From Bythopirellula sp. (lineage in GTDB: Bacteria; Planctomycetota; Planctomycetia; Pirellulales; Lacipirellulaceae), in the NCBI GenBank assembly GCA_965216565.1, contig OZ244170.1, positions 1,920,001 to 1,984,000 on the forward strand: a DNA stretch of 64,000 bases, written 5' to 3'. Each line of letters starts with the position of its first letter. The first letter of the stretch is position 1. The translations under genes were made by a program, and so were the position numbers. Under the pieces are notes generated by a model. It searched no databases, was not told the DNA's origin, and was given only the letters and a program-made list of their open reading frames with translations. Positions 61,301 to 64,000 of this stretch are shown here, piece after piece.

Positions 61301-61625
61301 CGTGGTGGAGTATTCCATCGTGCTCGTAGATTTTGCTAACCATCGCTTGGAAGAAGGGCTCAGCGTGAAAGAGGCCATTATCGACGCGGCGAAAGTGCGC
61401 GCCCGACCGATCTTGATGACCTCTCTCACCACGTGGCTCGCCTTGCTGCCGATGGCGATCGGCGGATTTGGCGGCGACGCCAACGCACCCCTAGCACGTG
61501 CGATTATCGGCGGAGTGATTGCAGCCACGGTTCTAACGCTCCTCGTGGTGCCCTGTTTGTACGTCATTCTAAAACGGCCACCGCGTACCAATTCAAGCAA
61601 CGAGGCTCAATGGGCGATCGCATGA
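58392..61625 (+). CDS. RND efflux transporter permease (AcrB/NolG-like)
   Basis: TLGGLALAIGILVD..IVVLENI, RARPILMT, PLARAIIGG; ATG 58392. Confidence 0.93.
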   Translation: MTRTVLKNPYLVGVLSTAILVLGLYTYPKIPKDLLPIFETSAVQIVTFYPGMPPEIMEKDIMSRMQRWTGQSVGIEHQEAKAMTGVCIVKDFFREGISLDTAMAQTTSYAMSDMFYLPPGTIPPMLMPIDPTATLPLCLVVVDSPGMNEQQLYDIAYYELRNKLQSIQGVISPAVFGGKLRRIYAYMNPAKLEAYGLTLMDVQNQLAKYNVLIPAGNMKVGQQDFQLFTNAVPETIDDLNDSVIKTIEGVPVRISDIGRVENSSQIQSNIVRINGGRKAYIPIYRQPGANSIEIVKTIRKNLKNILDRLKNERAGDTGIDELVLSVAMDQSGPVQQSIAGLQFAAGLGGVLAGVVVLVFLRNIISTFVVVLVIPLAVLAAVVGMYFTGNTVNSMTLGGLALAIGILVDQSIVVLENIVRHVNMGKTPLQAALEGTQEVTVPIFISTVTFAVVFFPTVFLSGLASYLFTPLALATIMAIVVSFLLSITLVPAYCALFLRPEKHSSTESKPTMLTEAVGSVVAGCIKLRWLVAAGAAALFVVAAFAATQMGQELIPPIDAGQFTIYVRMPSGTNIDLTDDRIQKIEQAIIQETGEPDPSFALGVEKIANSNLQILISNIGVLNDWPAAYTSNIGPGDAFMLVQLKGKSGQPGAFDYVELLRQKLNNQFPDVEFAFDTGGMLTSALNMGEPSPIHFQVSGAKLEEMREIAEHVEDAANAVPGTVDVRIAQRLDYPTMTITMNRDKAARMGLTPEGVMQNLVSATNSSVGFDPAFWVDKSKGNHYFIGVQYPEELLTNMETIRNIPIGMVDGVPIRLRNVADIEKAEGPGVVNHRNITRVMDIYANVQRGYDAGTIMSNIEARLLAENNPLGATLDTDDRGEVYRLGNYPGTALRSQGEVKEMRKSFSQFTAGFAIAAVLVYLVMVAQFCSLLDPLVILLTVPLGFIGVVAALLLTGSNLSIMSFMGIIMMVGIVVEYSIVLVDFANHRLEEGLSVKEAIIDAAKVRARPILMTSLTTWLALLPMAIGGFGGDANAPLARAIIGGVIAATVLTLLVVPCLYVILKRPPRTNSSNEAQWAIA

Positions 61626-62911
61626 TGAAAGTTTCCTTAAAATCATTGGGCTATCGAATCACGTTCGCCGCATGGCTAGGGGCGATTCTGACGATCCCGG
61701 GCTGCAATCGGGCGACGACTTCCTCGCCCGTTCCTCAGAAGGAAACGGCACCCGCGCCGGTCAAGGTCCGTGTGGGGACGGTACGAACACAGGAATTGAA
61801 AAAAAGCATCAACCTGCCAGCCACCGTGGAAAGCGACGAGACCGCCATGCTGATGCCCCGGGTCGAGGCGTACGTGGAACGCGTGTTGGTTGACATCGGC
61901 GACGAGGTGGAAGCCGGACAAGTGTTGGTGAAGCTTAACGCCCCAGAGCTAGAACAGGCCGTTCGTCAGCAAGAGGCGATGGTGCAACAACTGAAGGCAG
62001 ACAAGCAAGTGTTGCGCGCCGAGCTAGAGTCGGCTCGTTCTCAATTGAAAGCCGGCACTGCGGATTTGAATCTGAAGAAGTCAGAACGTCAACGCCTAGA
62101 ACGATTGGTCAGCACCGGTGCCATTGAGCGCCAGCGACTCGAGGAAGCAACATCACTTTCTCAATCGACGCAGGCTATGCTGCAGAAATATCAAAACGCC
62201 ATCCGCGTCATCCAAGCCAAGCTCAAAAAAGGTGAGTCGGAACTGGCTGTGGGCAAGGCGAAACTCGATCGGGCAAGAACCTTGGCCGGATATCTGGAAA
62301 TCAAGGCCCCGTTTGCCGGGGTTGTTGCCGAGCGCAATGTTGACCCTGGAAATCTGGTTCGCCCCAGCAATCAAGGGAGTGATGCCCGGCCGCTGTTAAC
62401 CATTGCCAAAGTCGACAAGCTGCGTGCCATCTTCCATGCCACCACCGACGTCGCGGCACAGTTGGCAACCGATAGCCATGCAGAATTTGTAAGCGACGAC
62501 CAACCGGACCAGGCCTTCACGGGCAAGGTTTCGCGGATGGCTGGCACTTATAGTGACAAAACACGCATGATGCGGGCTGAGATGGACCTAAATAATACTG
62601 CCGACCCCCAAACGGGCAGGCGTCCCCTCCGAGCCGGCAGTTACGGCTCGGTCACGATCGTGTTGCAGTCGGCCACGCTGCCGGTCGTACCCACGACGGC
62701 ACTGATTCGCGACGGGCAGGAGGACGAAGTGGTTGTGGTGCGCGATGGCAAATGCATGGTCACTCCCGTCGAGGTGGCGTTGGTGCTCGAAGACCTCGCG
62801 GGCATTTCGCAAGGGATCGCAGCGGGCGACCAGGTTGTTTTGCAAAATCCAGAAAGCATCGAACACAAACAGTCTCTAAAGGAATTAGAGATCGATGTTG
62901 TCGGCTGGTGA
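61622..62911 (+). CDS. RND membrane-fusion protein (periplasmic adaptor)
   Basis: Lipoprotein-like N-terminus (IPGC), VDIGDEV..GQVL, long coiled coil, IKAPFAGVV; ATGA overlap with the RND stop. Confidence 0.92.
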   Translation: MMKVSLKSLGYRITFAAWLGAILTIPGCNRATTSSPVPQKETAPAPVKVRVGTVRTQELKKSINLPATVESDETAMLMPRVEAYVERVLVDIGDEVEAGQVLVKLNAPELEQAVRQQEAMVQQLKADKQVLRAELESARSQLKAGTADLNLKKSERQRLERLVSTGAIERQRLEEATSLSQSTQAMLQKYQNAIRVIQAKLKKGESELAVGKAKLDRARTLAGYLEIKAPFAGVVAERNVDPGNLVRPSNQGSDARPLLTIAKVDKLRAIFHATTDVAAQLATDSHAEFVSDDQPDQAFTGKVSRMAGTYSDKTRMMRAEMDLNNTADPQTGRRPLRAGSYGSVTIVLQSATLPVVPTTALIRDGQEDEVVVVRDGKCMVTPVEVALVLEDLAGISQGIAAGDQVVLQNPESIEHKQSLKELEIDVVGW

Positions 62912-62940
62912 ATCAGATCAGCACGATCAAGGAAGATCGA

Positions 62941-64000
62941 ATGAACAAAAACCGACTACATACTGCGATGCAACTCGCGGCAATTGTGCCACTCGCCTTG
63001 CTGGCTGGTTGCATGTTGCCTGGTAGCAAAGTGGCAGACTCGAATCCTGCGCATCTGGAGCCTTTGCCCCAAGGCACTGCCATGCAGAGCCCCGCCGTTG
63101 CAGAAACCCGCGACTCGTTCCAGCAGGCCTCTTTCCAACAAGCAGGGGAGAGCTCCGACAACGAAATCTTGCTGCAGCCCCTTCCGGCAACCACTGCTCC
63201 TACCCTTGCCGAACAGTTGCCAGGGGAACCGCTTATTCGCAGTGGCACCTACCCAATCGATCTAGCCAACGCCTTGGGACTGGGTGGAGCCGACAACCTA
63301 CAGGTGCGCCTGGCCCGCACCCGTCTGTTCCAGGCCCAAGCCAAACACTTTCAGGCCAAAACGCTGTGGCTGCCATCCTTGCGGTTGGGTGTTGGATACA
63401 ACAAGCACGATGGCCAATTGCAGGAAACCGTTGGCAACGTCATCGAAGTGGAACGCAACTCACTGTTTTACGGAGGCGGTCTAGGCCTCGGTAGTGCGCC
63501 TCTCAACGCAGGGGCAGGGGGACCACCGCGTATGTTTGTGGACCTCTCCTTGGCAGATGCCTGGTTCAAGCCGCTGGCGGCCTGCCAAGTAGTTGCCGCC
63601 CACGGTGCCGCGGAACGCGTCGCAACGAACGATTCCTTAGCTGAGATTGCGATCAACTATCAAAACTTAGTCGAAGCCCACGGCATGCATGCAAACGCAT
63701 CGTCCGCTAGAGACCTTGCCCAAGATATGGTCAGCACAGTCGAGAACTTTGAACGCGAAGGGTTCAGTTCAAAGACCGAAGTGAATCGTGCTCGAACCGC
63801 ATTGGCTAAATGGCAACGCGAAGTGGCCGAAGCCCAGCGGCAAACGGTGGCCCATAGTTCCGAATTAGCGAGGATATTACGGCTTCCTCCTCAAGTCCAA
63901 TTGGTGCCGGTCGAAGAATATGTCATGCCATTTGACTTCGTCGACACCTCGGCAGAGACAGAAACCCTGATTTCGATCGCCTGGAATAGTCGACCGGAGA
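62941..64000 (+). CDS. TolC-family outer membrane efflux lipoprotein (runs off the right edge)
   Basis: Manual translation MNKNRLHTAMQLAAIVPLALLAGC (lipobox), IDLANALGL..ADNL, WLPSL; frame appears open to the window end; third gene of the RND operon. Confidence 0.85.
   Translation, partial: MNKNRLHTAMQLAAIVPLALLAGCMLPGSKVADSNPAHLEPLPQGTAMQSPAVAETRDSFQQASFQQAGESSDNEILLQPLPATTAPTLAEQLPGEPLIRSGTYPIDLANALGLGGADNLQVRLARTRLFQAQAKHFQAKTLWLPSLRLGVGYNKHDGQLQETVGNVIEVERNSLFYGGGLGLGSAPLNAGAGGPPRMFVDLSLADAWFKPLAACQVVAAHGAAERVATNDSLAEIAINYQNLVEAHGMHANASSARDLAQDMVSTVENFEREGFSSKTEVNRARTALAKWQREVAEAQRQTVAHSSELARILRLPPQVQLVPVEEYVMPFDFVDTSAETETLISIAWNSRPE

Noticed and set aside
56710..64000. Impression of higher GC at the right end suggesting horizontal acquisition
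   Set aside because: Not quantified, and no mobility genes or boundary repeats; a sliding-window GC/codon analysis would be needed

Overview
64 kb of a Planctomycetota chromosome, probably Pirellulales/Lacipirellulaceae. This is inferred from the DUF1559 prepilin-like protein, an LEPRxLL leader, PEP-CTERM proteins with dockerin-like tails and a Cys-rich outer-membrane barrel. The left part (1-25 kb) is mostly housekeeping: mcsAB, trpE, pyrF, uvrB, nadC, rpsU, tRNA-Cys, a UbiB-family kinase and an AlgI/DltB-type acyltransferase pair. The accessory part holds (i) a 1793-aa RTX + G8/beta-helix surface protein; (ii) a Popeye/cNMP-binding membrane protein close to a membrane class III adenylate cyclase; (iii) an egtD-ABC transporter-egtB ergothioneine operon directly downstream of a cytochrome-P460/multiheme fusion; (iv) a LacI-associated beta-glucan (laminarin-type) utilisation locus with no SusC/SusD, in which two CBM-like PEP-CTERM proteins, a DUF1559 pilin-like protein and a lipoprotein precede GH16 and GH3, with a divergent GPH transporter and visible operator palindromes; (v) an RND-MFP-TolC efflux operon running off the right edge. 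No CRISPR array, transposase, integrase or prophage gene is recognisable. All family assignments come from motif recognition by eye; no database search was run.
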